Below are positions 10,800 to 21,361 of a stretch of 55,459 nucleotides of DNA, piece by piece. Under the pieces are notes generated by a model. That model was not told where the DNA came from and ran no database searches. It saw only the letters and a list, made by a program, of their open reading frames with translations. The stretch lies in contig CALNPU010000001.1 in assembly GCA_940588625.1 (NCBI GenBank), forward strand, positions 1-55,459, in the 5' to 3' direction. The translations under genes were made by a program, and so were the position numbers. Source of the DNA: an uncultured Caballeronia sp. (GTDB taxonomy: Bacteria; Pseudomonadota; Gammaproteobacteria; Burkholderiales; Burkholderiaceae). How positions within the stretch are numbered: position 1 is the first letter of the stretch; each line of letters opens with the position of its first letter.

Positions 10800-11639
10800 A
10801 TGTTCGACCGGCTGTCAGACCTCAACCAACGCGCGTTTCTCGATGGCGTCAAAACTCTCTCTCCGGCGGTTCCAGCCACGTTCTCGTGGGGTCTTGTCAC
10901 AGGTATTGCGATGGCCAAGTCCGTGCTGACCCGCAGGCGCTCGGCATGTCGCTCGCGGCCTACGCGGGATCGTCGCAACTGGCCGTGCTGCCGTTGTTCG
11001 CCGCGAAGCTACCGCTCTGGACCATCCTGCTGACTGCCGCCATGGTCAACCTGCGGTTCGTCATTTTCAGCGCCGGGCTTGCGCCTCATTTCGCCTATTT
11101 GCCGTTGCGCCGCCGGCTGGTGCTCGGTTATTTCAATGGCGACATCATTTACCTGATGTTCCAGAAGCATAATTTCCAGACCGGCTATCAGCCTGGCAAG
11201 GAGGCGTTTTTCTAGGGCATGGCGGCAACTAGCTGGTCGTCGTGGCAAGTGTCGTCCATAGTGGGCATCCTGCTCGCCAGTTTTTTCCCCGATAACTGGG
11301 GTCTCGAACTCGCCGGCACGCTGGCGCTGATTCCGCTGATTGTCTCGGCTATCACTACGCGCTCCACGCTGGCGGCTGTTGGCGTGACAAGCGTTATCGC
11401 GTTGATTATCGACCTGCCGTACCGGCTTTCATTACCGCTGGCAGTGGCGGCGGCGCTGCCAGCCGGCACATTCGCCGATCTCATGGCCGAGAAGATGGGA
11501 TCAGGGCAGACCATCAGCGCAGCAAGGCGTTCGGAAACCCCCGTGGCCCGTCTCGCCGACGTCGAGCCACTGAAGAATCCCCTATCCGATCCTCGACAAA
11601 TCGCCGGTCAACCCCAAGGCCACTCGGAGCGCCCGATGA
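10800..11639 (+). pseudogene. azlC: AzlC-family branched-chain amino acid exporter, disrupted
   Basis: YAGSSQLA and MVNLRFVIFS motifs. Frameshift near 10930 and in-frame TAG at 11213-11215. Confidence 0.85.
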
Positions 11640-11926
11640 GCGCCGCTCAAGTCTGGCTGGCAATAGCCGGCATGGCGCTGATCACCGGCATCACACGCCC
11701 GCTGTTCCTGATGGGCGGCGAGCGCATGATCCTGCCCGAGCGCGTGCGGCGGGCGCAGCGCTTGCCTGACTTGCTCACCACGCCGAACGGCCTGTCGAGC
11801 GCCTTCTCGAATCACGCGCTCTACGCATCCCTGTGTGGTCTCGCCTGGTTTCTCTGGCGTCGGGGAATGCTCGGGACAATCGTCGTCAGCATGATGGTCT
11901 TCACGGCGTTGCGGCTGTTCGCCTGA
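11636..11926 (+). pseudogene. azlD: AzlD-family protein, probable internal deletion
   Basis: MSAAQVWLAIAGMALITGITR...WRRGMLGTIVV. The usual LRYAPxA segment after LPERVRRA appears to be missing. Confidence 0.65.
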
Positions 11927-12379
11927 GCTTGATTTTGTTGCGGTGCGTCATGCAAAGCATCGCAAAATCGCTGTTTCCGAATCCCGGGGATTTGCGTTTC
12001 CAGCGTCGGGCGGGCATGGGTATCGGTTAAAATGGCACTCTCGCTGTCGTATCGAATGAGGTCGAAACGTGTATCTGGCAGTCACCGCACACCAGCTTCA
12101 CTCGCTCCATTCTCCTCTGCAACGCCTCGTCGCCTGGGCCTCCAGGTCTTTGGCGAAAGGCGCGGCACGCTTTGTTTCGTTGTCCCTTGCTTGTTCGAAT
12201 CGTCCGCTTGGCGCTGGCTGCCTTGTGACGTTGCACGCACGCCGGCTTGATACCGGAATGGTCCTGAGCACTTCGATTTCCCCGTAGCGATCCTCGTGAG
12301 CCCGCTTGCATAAGACCAGGGTTCGCAGATGTAACTCGCCCGAACCGCTTTCCAATCACCCGCTCACACGCTGACTCCC

Positions 12380-13570
12380 ATGACGAAAATACTGTGTTTC
12401 ACCGATCTGATTGCCGAAGGCAAAGTGTCCGGCAAACGTGCTTTCATTCGTGCTGACCTCAACGTCCCGCGGGATGATCAGGGCAACATCACCGAAGACA
12501 CGCGCGTGCGCGCCTCGGTGCCGGCCATTCAACAAGCGCTGGCAGCGGGCGCCGCTGTGATGGTCACGTCCCATCTGGGCCGCCCGACGGAAGGGCAGTT
12601 CAAGCCTGAAGACTCGCTTGCGCCGGTGGCCAAGCGCCTTGGCGAATTGCTCGGCCGCGATATGCCGCTGATCGCCGACTGGGTTGACGGCGTGCAGGTT
12701 CAGCCGGGTCAGGTCGTGCTGCTCGAAAACTGCCGCTGCAACAAGGGTGAGAAGAAAAACGACGACGCGCTTTCACAGAAGCTCGCCAAATTCTGCGATA
12801 TCTATGTGAACGACGCGTTCGGCACCGCGCATCGAGCGGAAGTGACCACGCACGGCATCGCGAAATACGCGCCCGTGGCATGCGCCGGCCCGCTGTTCGC
12901 CGCTGAACTGGATGCATTGGGCAAGGCGCTTGGCGAGCCGAAGCGCCCGCTGGTGGCGATTGTCGCAGGATCGAAGGTATCGACGAAACTCACCATCCTC
13001 AAGTCGCTCGCGGAGAAGGTGGATCAGCTGATCGTGGGCGGCGGCATTGCCAATACGTTCATGCTCGCGTCGGGGTTGAAGATCGGCAAGTCGCTGGCGG
13101 AGAAGGATCTCGTCGATGAAGCCAAAACCATCATCAGCGAAGCGCGGGCGCGTGGCGCGTTAGTGCCTATCCCGAGCGACGTCGTGACTGCCAAAGAATT
13201 CGCTGCGACGGCCAAGACTGAAACGAAAGCCGTGGATCAAGTGCAGGACGACGATTTGATCCTCGATATCGGTCCGGACACCGCCAAAGCGCTTGCTGCG
13301 CAGCTGGAGAAGGCGGGCACGATCATGTGGAACGGGCCGGTCGGCGTGTTCGAATTCGACCAGTTCGGCAACGGTACGAAGACGTTGGCGGATGCGATTG
13401 CGAACTCATTGGCGTTCTCGATTGCAGGCGGCGGCGACACGCTCGCGGCCATCCAGAAGTACGGCATCCACGACAAAATCTCTTATATATCGACTGGCGG
13501 CGGCGCGTTCCTGGAGTTTTTGGAAGGCAAGACTTTGCCTGCAGTGGAAGTGCTCGAATCGCAGGCCTGA
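12380..13570 (+). CDS. pgk: Phosphoglycerate kinase
   Basis: [40 protein letters not shown]. Intact 396 aa. Confidence 0.97.
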   Translation: MTKILCFTDLIAEGKVSGKRAFIRADLNVPRDDQGNITEDTRVRASVPAIQQALAAGAAVMVTSHLGRPTEGQFKPEDSLAPVAKRLGELLGRDMPLIADWVDGVQVQPGQVVLLENCRCNKGEKKNDDALSQKLAKFCDIYVNDAFGTAHRAEVTTHGIAKYAPVACAGPLFAAELDALGKALGEPKRPLVAIVAGSKVSTKLTILKSLAEKVDQLIVGGGIANTFMLASGLKIGKSLAEKDLVDEAKTIISEARARGALVPIPSDVVTAKEFAATAKTETKAVDQVQDDDLILDIGPDTAKALAAQLEKAGTIMWNGPVGVFEFDQFGNGTKTLADAIANSLAFSIAGGGDTLAAIQKYGIHDKISYISTGGGAFLEFLEGKTLPAVEVLESQA

Positions 13571-13996
13571 GCCCATGAAACGAGCCACGCCGAAGAGCAA
13601 TCGTCCCGAGTCCGTAGTTGCTTGCAGATAAAAAGAAGAGTTGGTTGCCGACGCTGGTTTATCGGTGGCTGCCGAAATTGAATCGAGGGTGCAGGTTGGG
13701 GTGAAACCTGACCTCAGCCCTGCTCGCGCACCGGCCAAGTCGAAGCGTTCCGCTGCGGCGCCGGCCCGGCTTGGTTCGGAGTTAAAGCAGGAAAGAAGGT
13801 AATAAGCAAGGAAGTGGCGGTCATGATTGGCGGCGCGAGTGCGTTGCTAATCCCGGTCGCCGGGCAGATATCTAGCCATCATAAAGCGACGCCGGCTCGA
13901 GCCGGCGTGCGTTCGCAGGCGGAGACCTTTTCATTCCCGTCGGCACACCGTACTCGCAGCGCTGTTTCAGGCGATACCACCCAGACGAGGAATTCC

Positions 13997-15433
13997 ATGC
14001 ATCGCGCTACAAAGATTGTCGCCACTATCGGTCCCGCTTCCAGTACCCCTGAGATCCTGCTGCAAATGATGCAGGCGGGTCTCGACGTGGTTCGCTTCAA
14101 CTTCTCGCACGGCACCGCCGACGACCATCGCCAGTGCGCGCAATACGTTCGCGACGCCGCCAAGCAATGCGGTCGCGAAGTGGCGCTGATGGCTGATTTG
14201 CAAGGCCCGAAGATTCGCGTGGGCAAGTTCGAAAACGGCAAGATCACGTTAATTGCGGGCAATTCGTTCATCCTCGACGCCCGTTGTAAGTTGGGCAATG
14301 GTGAACGAGTTGGCCTGGATTACCCCGATTTGCCACGTGACCTGCGCGCGGGCGATGTGCTGTTGTTGACCGACGGGCTGATCGTGCTCGACGTGGTTCG
14401 TGTGATCGGCGAAGAGATCCATACCACGGTGAAAGTGGGCGGAGATCTTTCGAACAACAAGGGCATCAACCGGCAGGGCGGCGGTCTGACTGCGCCGGCG
14501 TTGACCGAGAAGGACATGGAGGACATCAAGACGGCGATGTCCCTCGGCGCGGACTTCGTGGCAGTGTCGTTTCCGAAGAACGCTACGGACATGGAGATGG
14601 CACGGCAACTGGCGAACATCGCGGGCGCGCCTTATGGCATCAAGCCGAAGATGATCGCGAAGATCGAGCGTGCGGAGGCCATTCCGGCGTTGCAGGGCAT
14701 TCTTGATGCCTCGGACGGCATCATGGTTGCGCGTGGTGATCTCGCGGTGGAAGTGGGTAATGCGGCTGTACCGGCGCTGCAGAAGCGGATGATCCGGATG
14801 GCGCGCGAGTCGAACAAGTTTGTGATCACGGCTACGCAAATGATGGAGTCGATGATCCATGCGCCTGTGCCCACGCGTGCCGAAGTGTCCGACGTGGCGA
14901 ATGCGGTGCTGGACGGTACGGATGCGGTGATGTTGTCGGCGGAGACGGCGGCGGGCAAATATCCCGTGACAACCATCGAGACAATGGCGGCCATTTGCCT
15001 GGAGGCTGAGAAGTCTGAGCAGAGCGAGCTTGACAAGGATTTCCTTGATCGCACCTTCACACGGATCGATCAATCCATTGCGATGGGTGCGTTGTTCACG
15101 GCTTACCACCTGGGTGCGAAGGCGATTGTTGCCTTGACCGAGTCGGGGGCGACGGCGTTGTGGATGTCGCGGCACTGGTCGCATGTCCCCATTTTTGCGC
15201 TGACGCCTCGCATTAGCAGTGAGCGGACGATGGCGCTTTATCGGAACGTGACGTCGTTGCACCTGGATACGAACACCGATCGCGATATCACGCTTCAGCA
15301 GGCGCTGGAGGTGGTTGTTTCGAAGGGGTATGCCGCACGCGGCGATATGGTTGTGTTGACTGTCGGCGAGCCAATGGGGCAGGCCGGCGGCACTAACGCA
15401 ATGAAGATTGCGCGCGTAGGCGATCCGTTTTAA
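13997..15433 (+). CDS. pyk: Pyruvate kinase
   Basis: MHRATKIVATIGPAS, RFNFSHG, DLQGPKIR, MVARGDL, ATQMMESM. RBS GAGG before ATG 13997. Confidence 0.96.
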   Translation: MHRATKIVATIGPASSTPEILLQMMQAGLDVVRFNFSHGTADDHRQCAQYVRDAAKQCGREVALMADLQGPKIRVGKFENGKITLIAGNSFILDARCKLGNGERVGLDYPDLPRDLRAGDVLLLTDGLIVLDVVRVIGEEIHTTVKVGGDLSNNKGINRQGGGLTAPALTEKDMEDIKTAMSLGADFVAVSFPKNATDMEMARQLANIAGAPYGIKPKMIAKIERAEAIPALQGILDASDGIMVARGDLAVEVGNAAVPALQKRMIRMARESNKFVITATQMMESMIHAPVPTRAEVSDVANAVLDGTDAVMLSAETAAGKYPVTTIETMAAICLEAEKSEQSELDKDFLDRTFTRIDQSIAMGALFTAYHLGAKAIVALTESGATALWMSRHWSHVPIFALTPRISSERTMALYRNVTSLHLDTNTDRDITLQQALEVVVSKGYAARGDMVVLTVGEPMGQAGGTNAMKIARVGDPF

Positions 15434-15754
15434 TTTCGTTCGCACAAGGGATGGGGCTCGGGGTTGATGATGTAGTGCTGCGGCAAGCAGTAGCAGCGCG
15501 GCATTGACTCCGACCACTCACCCCGGAACTTGCCCACCCGGCATTGACTCACGCCACCATCTCAAGCTTTGTCCCCGCCGCATCCTCTCGCCCTGCCAAC
15601 AACGTCCCCCCAAACCCGTCCACCGACCGGTGCGAACGAGCACATAGGGCCCCTATTGGCCCGGCTAAAATATTACAAACTTGGCGATGCCCAAAAGAGC
15701 AAAAACACCGCAAACAGCCAAAAAAAGAATTCGTTCCATCTCAAGGAGTTTTAC

Positions 15755-16804
15755 CCGCCTCTCGTATCAATACAATACGACAACTGCTGGATCACGCTGC
15801 TGAAAACGGCTACGTGCTTCCGGCGTTCAACGTCAACAACCTGGAGCAAGTACAAGCCATCATGTCGGTTGCCGACCAAGTCAACGCACCGGTGGCCTCC
15901 GCCGGCGCGCGGAAATACGCCGGAGAAGCGTTCCTGCGTCACCTGATTGAAGCAGCGGTCGAGTCATATCCCCATATCCCGGTCTTGATGCACCAGGACC
16001 ACGGGCAAGTCCCCCGCAGTCTGCATGGCCGCCATCCGCAGCGGTTTCACCAGCGTCATGATGGACGGCTCGCTTGAAGCCGACGGCAAAAGCGTCGCAT
16101 CGTATGAATACAACGTCGACGTCTCGCACAAAGTGGTCGAAGCAGCCCATTCCATTGGCGTGACGGTGGAAGCCGAACTTGGAGTGCTCGGCTCGCTCGA
16201 AAACAAGGAAGACGGTCACGGCGCCGAAGGCACCATGACCCGCGAGCAGTTGCTCACCGACGTCGAACAAGCCGCCGACTTCGTGAAGCAAACCCAGTGC
16301 GACGCGTTGGCTATCGCTATTGGCACGTCGCACGGTGCGTACAAATTCGCCAAGAAGCCTACGGGCGATATCCTTGCCATCCAGCGCATCAAGGAAATCC
16401 ACCAACGCATCCCGAACCCCCATCTGGTGATGCACGGATCGTCGTCGGTGCCGCAAGACCTGCTGGCCGAAATCCGCGAATTCAGCGGCGACATGAAGGA
16501 AACCTATGGCGTGCCGGTCGAGGAAATCCAGGAAGGCATCCGTCACGGCGTTCGCAAGGCGAACATCGATACCGACCTGCGTCTCGCAATAACGGGTGCA
16601 ATTCGCCGCTATTTCGGCGAAAATCCGTCGAAATTCGATCCGCGCAACTACTTGAAACCCGCCCGCGAGGCGGCGAAGAAGATTTGCCTCGAACGCTACA
16701 TGCAATTCCGCTGCGAGGGCCAGGCGAGCAAGATCAAACCGGTCCTGCTCGATAAAATCGCCGAGAAGTACAAGTCCAGCGAACTGGCGCAAATCGTCAG
16801 GTAA
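15755..16804 (+). pseudogene. fba: Class II fructose-bisphosphate aldolase, disrupted
   Basis: RBS AAGGAG retained but start codon lost. CAATA duplication at 15768-15777, in-frame deletions, and a frameshift after HQDHG. The downstream part keeps [13 protein letters not shown] and NIDTD. Confidence 0.9.
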
Positions 16805-16993
16805 GCAAATCGAGATAAGCGCTTCGACCCGGTCTGAAGCGCCAACCTGCCGTGAGCCATAAGCCCGAGGTCGGCGTTTGAACGGCCCGCTGGACGGCCT
16901 TTTTTGAGATGGCTATCCTCGACGGCGTAGCGGGCGATTTCGTCTGCAGCCTCACCGTCGATGAACCAGAACCGAGTCGTCCGCCGGACCCTT

Positions 16994-17149
16994 TACAATA
17001 GCAATAGCGTTGAGTCGCGCTTGTCGCCCGGTTTTGCGCCGGGTATCGATACGCAGAATGAATGCAAAGGCTGACCCCGGGCGCCTGACAGGGCCAGCCG
17101 ACACGAACCGCCGTTCCCGCAATTCCGGGGAACGGCGTGTTGGTTTTTT
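16994..17149 (+). promoter_or_regulatory. Putative promoter plus structured leader/terminator upstream of purC
   Basis: TACAAT at 16994. Hairpins at 17027-17043 and 17069-17099. Perfect 10-bp stem 17109-17118/17128-17137 followed by a T-tract at 17144-17149. Confidence 0.45.
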
Positions 17150-17182
17150 CTCTCAGCTTGATTTGCGGCACTTTTCCGGTAG

Positions 17183-18091
17183 ATGACGATGTCCACCTCA
17201 CATTCCCCGCTGTACGAATCCACGCTGAAATCTTTGCCCCTGCTTGGCCGCGGCAAAGTCCGCGACAACTACGCAGTCGGTAAGGACAAGCTCCTGATCG
17301 TCACCACCGACCGCCTCTCGTCGTTCGACGTGATCATGGGCGAGCCCATTCCGAACAAGGGCCGCGTCCTGAACCAGATGGCCGATTTCTGGTTCGCGAA
17401 GCTCTCGCACATCGTGCCGAACCACAATACGGGCATCGATCCGGCAACCGTCGTTGCCGCCGATGAAGCCGATCAGGTCAAAGGCCGCGCCGTCGTCGTG
17501 AAGCGCCTGGAGCCGATCCTGGTGGAAGCGGTCGTGCGCGGTTATTTGGCCGGTAGCGGCTGGAAGGACTATCAGGCCACGGGTTCGGTCTGCAGCGTGG
17601 CATTGCCGCCGGGCCTGAAGAACGCGGAAAAGCTGCCCGAGCCGATTTTCACGCCGGCAGCGAAGGCGGAAATGGGCCATCACGACGAAAACATCACCTA
17701 CGATGAGATGGAGCGCCGGATTGGCACGGAGCGCTCGGCCACCATCCGCGAGATTTCGATCAAGCTGTACAAGGAAGCGGCCGAGTACGCGACAACGCGC
17801 GGCATCATCATCGCGGATACGAAGTTCGAATTCGGGCTGGACACGCGCGGCGAGCTGTTCCTGATGGACGAAGTGCTGACAGCGGATTCATCGCGTTTCT
17901 GGCCGGCGGACGGGTATCAGGTCGGCACGAACCTGCCATCGTTCGACAAGCAGTTCGTGCGCGACTGGCTCGAAACGCAAGCGTGGGGCAAAACGCCCCC
18001 GGCGCCCAAGCTGCCCGAGGATGTGGTCGCGAAAACGGCCGAGAAGTACGAAGAAGCACTGCAACGGTTGACCGGGCAGTCGCTGTCGTAA
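17183..18091 (+). CDS. purC: SAICAR synthetase
   Basis: [45 protein letters not shown]. Confidence 0.96.
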   Translation: MTMSTSHSPLYESTLKSLPLLGRGKVRDNYAVGKDKLLIVTTDRLSSFDVIMGEPIPNKGRVLNQMADFWFAKLSHIVPNHNTGIDPATVVAADEADQVKGRAVVVKRLEPILVEAVVRGYLAGSGWKDYQATGSVCSVALPPGLKNAEKLPEPIFTPAAKAEMGHHDENITYDEMERRIGTERSATIREISIKLYKEAAEYATTRGIIIADTKFEFGLDTRGELFLMDEVLTADSSRFWPADGYQVGTNLPSFDKQFVRDWLETQAWGKTPPAPKLPEDVVAKTAEKYEEALQRLTGQSLS

Positions 18092-18319
18092 GGTTTCAGA
18101 CGGCTTGGCCGGCCAAGATGGCACTCGCTGCTGCGGGCGTTTCCGGTGGTTTGGCCGTTGTAACGTTAAGGAAAAAGCCGTGGGCGATCAGCGCACCCGT
18201 GCGTCCGGCCGTGCAGCGCCCAGTCCCGAAAGCCGTTCCATGATGACCGGTAAGCTATCAATCCGCATCACCCGAAAAAGGCCGCCGAAGGCCTGTCCAC
18301 CCCAAAGGAATGCAGCACG

Positions 18320-18847
18320 ATGAGCGAAGTCCAGACCGCCGCCGCGGCCCACACGCATGACGCACCGTTGATCGGCGTATTGATGGGTTCCAGTTCCGAC
18401 TGGGACGTGATGAAAAATGCGGTCGCGATCCTGCAGGAATTCGGCGTACCTTACGAAGCGAAGGTTGTATCGGCCCACCGTATGCCCGACGAAATGTTCG
18501 CCTACGCCGAAAGCGCGCGGACGCGTGGCCTTGCGGCGATCATCGCGGGAGCGGGCGGCGCGGCGCATTTGCCGGGCATGCTTGCCGCCAAGACCACGGT
18601 GCCGGTGCTGGGCGTACCGGTATCGAGTAAATATTTGAAAGGCGTGGATTCGCTGCATTCGATCATGCAGATGCCCAAGGACGTGCCCGTGGCGACGTTT
18701 GCTATCGGCGAGGTGGGGGCGGCGAACGCGGCGTTGTTCGCGGTTTCCATACTCGCTGTCACCCAAACGGCCTACGCTGACAAACTCGCGGCATTCCGCA
18801 CGCGCCAGAAGGACGCAGCGCACGCCATGGTCCTCCCGCCGCTGTAA
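18320..18847 (+). CDS. purE: N5-CAIR mutase
   Basis: [26 protein letters not shown]. Confidence 0.96.
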   Translation: MSEVQTAAAAHTHDAPLIGVLMGSSSDWDVMKNAVAILQEFGVPYEAKVVSAHRMPDEMFAYAESARTRGLAAIIAGAGGAAHLPGMLAAKTTVPVLGVPVSSKYLKGVDSLHSIMQMPKDVPVATFAIGEVGAANAALFAVSILAVTQTAYADKLAAFRTRQKDAAHAMVLPPL

Positions 18848-18930
18848 ACGACCAGTTAAATAAATGCAGCAGTTTCACGCAACACCTCCGGCAAAATTTC
18901 CGGCCGAGACTGATTGACCGACCCCACAAG

Positions 18931-20118
18931 ATGAACGCACACATCCAACTCAGTTCTCCCATCCAGCCGGGCGCATGGCTCGGCATGGTCGGCGGCGGCC
19001 AGCTTGGCCGCATGTTCTGTTTCGCCGCGCAGTCCATAGGCTATCGCGTGGCGGTCCTCGATCCGGACGAGGCGAGTCCGGCTGGTTCCGTCGCCGATAA
19101 ACACCTGCGTGCAGCCTACGACGACCCCGCCGCGCTGACCGAACTCGCGCGCTTGTGTGCGGCAGTATCGACGGAATTCGAGAACGTGCCGTCCGCCAGT
19201 CTCGATTTCCTCGCGAAAACCACGTTTGTCAGCCCCGCCGGTCGATGTGTCGCCATTGCACAGGATCGCGTGGCGGAGAAACGGTTTATCGCGAGCGCGG
19301 GCGTGCCGGTGGCGCCGCATGTGGTGATCGAGTCGCCCGAGGCGCTGGCCGCCTTAAGCGACGAACAGATAGCCGCCATGTTGCCGGGCATTCTGAAGAC
19401 GGCGCGCCTTGGCTACGACGGTAAAGGCCAGACAAGCGTGCGCAATGTCGATGAAGTGCGCACGGCTTACGGGTCGCTCGCGGGCGTGCCGTGTGTGCTC
19501 GAAAAGCGCATGCCGCTGAAGTTCGAGGTGTCGGTGCTGATCGCGCGCGCCGGCGATGGGAAGTCGACCGTTTTTCCGCTCGCGCAGAACCAGCACGTTG
19601 GCGGAATTCTGGCGAAGACCGTCGTGCCGGCGCCGGATGCGTCGTCTGCTCTCGTGGCCCAGGCGCAGGACGCCGCGCTTACTATCGCCGCGAAGCTGGA
19701 TTACGTCGGCGTTCTGTGCGTGGAGTTTTTCATCCTCGAAGACGGCACGCTGATCGCGAACGAAATGGCGTCACGCCCGCACAATTCCGGCCACTACACC
19801 GTCGATGCCTGCGCGACCAGCCAGTTCGAGCAGCAAGTCCGTGCAATGACCGGCATGCCGCTCGGCGACACACGCCAGCATTCGCCGGCCGCCATGCTGA
19901 ACATTCTCGGCGATATCTGGTTCGAAGGCGCGAAAGCGCGCACGCCGCCTTGGCATGACGTGATGGCGTTGCCGACTGCGCGCCTGCATCTGTACAGCAA
20001 GGAGGAGGCGCGGCCCGACCGCAAGATGGGCCATGTGAATTTCACCGGGGCCACGCTGGAAGAAGTGCGCACGGTGGCGCGCGATTGCGCCCGCATGCTG
20101 CACATTGCGCTGGACTGA
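18931..20118 (+). CDS. purK: N5-CAIR synthetase
   Basis: [32 protein letters not shown]. Confidence 0.95.
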   Translation: MNAHIQLSSPIQPGAWLGMVGGGQLGRMFCFAAQSIGYRVAVLDPDEASPAGSVADKHLRAAYDDPAALTELARLCAAVSTEFENVPSASLDFLAKTTFVSPAGRCVAIAQDRVAEKRFIASAGVPVAPHVVIESPEALAALSDEQIAAMLPGILKTARLGYDGKGQTSVRNVDEVRTAYGSLAGVPCVLEKRMPLKFEVSVLIARAGDGKSTVFPLAQNQHVGGILAKTVVPAPDASSALVAQAQDAALTIAAKLDYVGVLCVEFFILEDGTLIANEMASRPHNSGHYTVDACATSQFEQQVRAMTGMPLGDTRQHSPAAMLNILGDIWFEGAKARTPPWHDVMALPTARLHLYSKEEARPDRKMGHVNFTGATLEEVRTVARDCARMLHIALD

Positions 20119-20123
20119 CCTCG

Positions 20124-21143
20124 ATGACTTTCGAAACCCCCACCGTCGGGCAGATCCGGGAGGCGGCCACGTTACTCGACGCCGGCCAGCTCGTCGCGTT
20201 TCCGACTGAAACCGTCTACGGGCTGGGCGGTGATACCGAGAATCCCGAGGCCATCGCACGGATCTATGCGGCAAAAGGGCGGCCGTCGAATCATCCGGTG
20301 ATCGTGCATCTCGCGCCCGGCAGCGATCCGGCGTACTGGGTCCAGACGCTTTCAGCCGACGCGCAGAAACTGATTGATGCATTCTGGCCCGGCCCGCTCA
20401 CGCTTATCCTCAAGCGCGCGGCGCACGTGCCGGCGGTGGTCAGCGGCGGGCAGGATTCCGTCGCTATCCGCTGCCCGTCGCATCCGGTGGCGCAGGCGTT
20501 GCTTACGACCTTCAGCACCCTGCGCGATGGTCATGGCGGCGTGGCGGGGCCATCGGCGAACTGGTTCGGGCATGTCAGCCCGACCACGGCTCAACATGTC
20601 CGCGATGAGTTCGGCGCAAGCGTGCATGTGCTCGATGGCGGGGCAGCGAAGGTGGGCATCGAATCGACGATTCTTGATTTATCGCGGGGCTTTCCCGCGT
20701 TGCTCCGACCAGGGCATGTGAGTCCGCTGGAGATTGCGGACGTGCTTGGTGTGATGCCGCGTCTGCCCGATGGCAGCGACGCCAGCGCGCCCCGCGCCTC
20801 CGGCACGCTGAAGGCGCACTACGCGCCGCGCACGCCGCTCAGTTTGCTGCCGTTCGCGGCGCTGGAACGGATGCTCGCAGAGCATCCGTTGAGTGGAGGC
20901 AAGAAACTGGCGCTGGTCGCGCGGGCATCGAGCGCGGGTAAATGGGCTCACGCGCCGAATGTCCATTTCATTGCTGCGCCTGATGACCCGCAGAGCTACG
21001 CACGCGAACTGTACGGTCTGCTGCGCGCGCTTGATTGCGCCAATGTCGAGCGGATTTTGATCGAGACGCTGCCGGATTCGGCGGAATGGAGCGCGGTGAA
21101 CGACCGGCTGGGACGCGCGGCGGCATTTGAAGAGCAGGGCTAG
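20124..21143 (+). CDS. tsaC: L-threonylcarbamoyladenylate synthase (Sua5/TsaC)
   Basis: VAFPTETVYGLG, KGRPSNHP, FWPGPLT, PSAN, GIESTI, plus a SUA5 C-terminal domain (HYAP). Confidence 0.9.
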   Translation: MTFETPTVGQIREAATLLDAGQLVAFPTETVYGLGGDTENPEAIARIYAAKGRPSNHPVIVHLAPGSDPAYWVQTLSADAQKLIDAFWPGPLTLILKRAAHVPAVVSGGQDSVAIRCPSHPVAQALLTTFSTLRDGHGGVAGPSANWFGHVSPTTAQHVRDEFGASVHVLDGGAAKVGIESTILDLSRGFPALLRPGHVSPLEIADVLGVMPRLPDGSDASAPRASGTLKAHYAPRTPLSLLPFAALERMLAEHPLSGGKKLALVARASSAGKWAHAPNVHFIAAPDDPQSYARELYGLLRALDCANVERILIETLPDSAEWSAVNDRLGRAAAFEEQG

Positions 21144-21304
21144 ACGGGCGGGCGGCTGGCGCTACGTCAGACAAGATCAGCTACAAAAGCCTTTCGAATC
21201 ATGGGTCAAGGTGACCTGAATAGTTCAGATACAAAAAGGTATCTAACCTCGCGTACGAAGACACAAGCGATAACCCCCCAGCCTGACGGCGACGAACCAC
21301 CCCC

Positions 21305-21338
21305 AAAATGCCTGGTCTTCTTCGGCCGGGCATTTTTT
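21305..21338 (+). terminator. Intrinsic terminator
   Basis: AAAATGCCTGGTC-loop-GGCCGGGCATTTT stem (two G-U pairs) with a T-tract, between convergent genes. Confidence 0.7.
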
Positions 21339-21361
21339 ATTTCACGCTCGTCCAGCCGGGC

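Noticed and set aside
13575-13996. ORF remnant or N-terminal extension before pyk (MKRATPKSNRPES...)
   Set aside because: Interrupted by stops and low in information; pyk has a good RBS and a canonical start at 13997.
14249-15517. Long antisense or alternate-frame ORFs (e.g. 422 aa opposite pyk, 374 aa opposite acrA, 404 aa opposite the polyol SBP)
   Set aside because: Shadow ORFs expected from high-GC codon bias; they overlap well-supported genes and show no motifs.
21144-21304. AT-richer stretch after sua5 as an IS fragment
   Set aside because: No terminal inverted repeats or transposase-like translation found.
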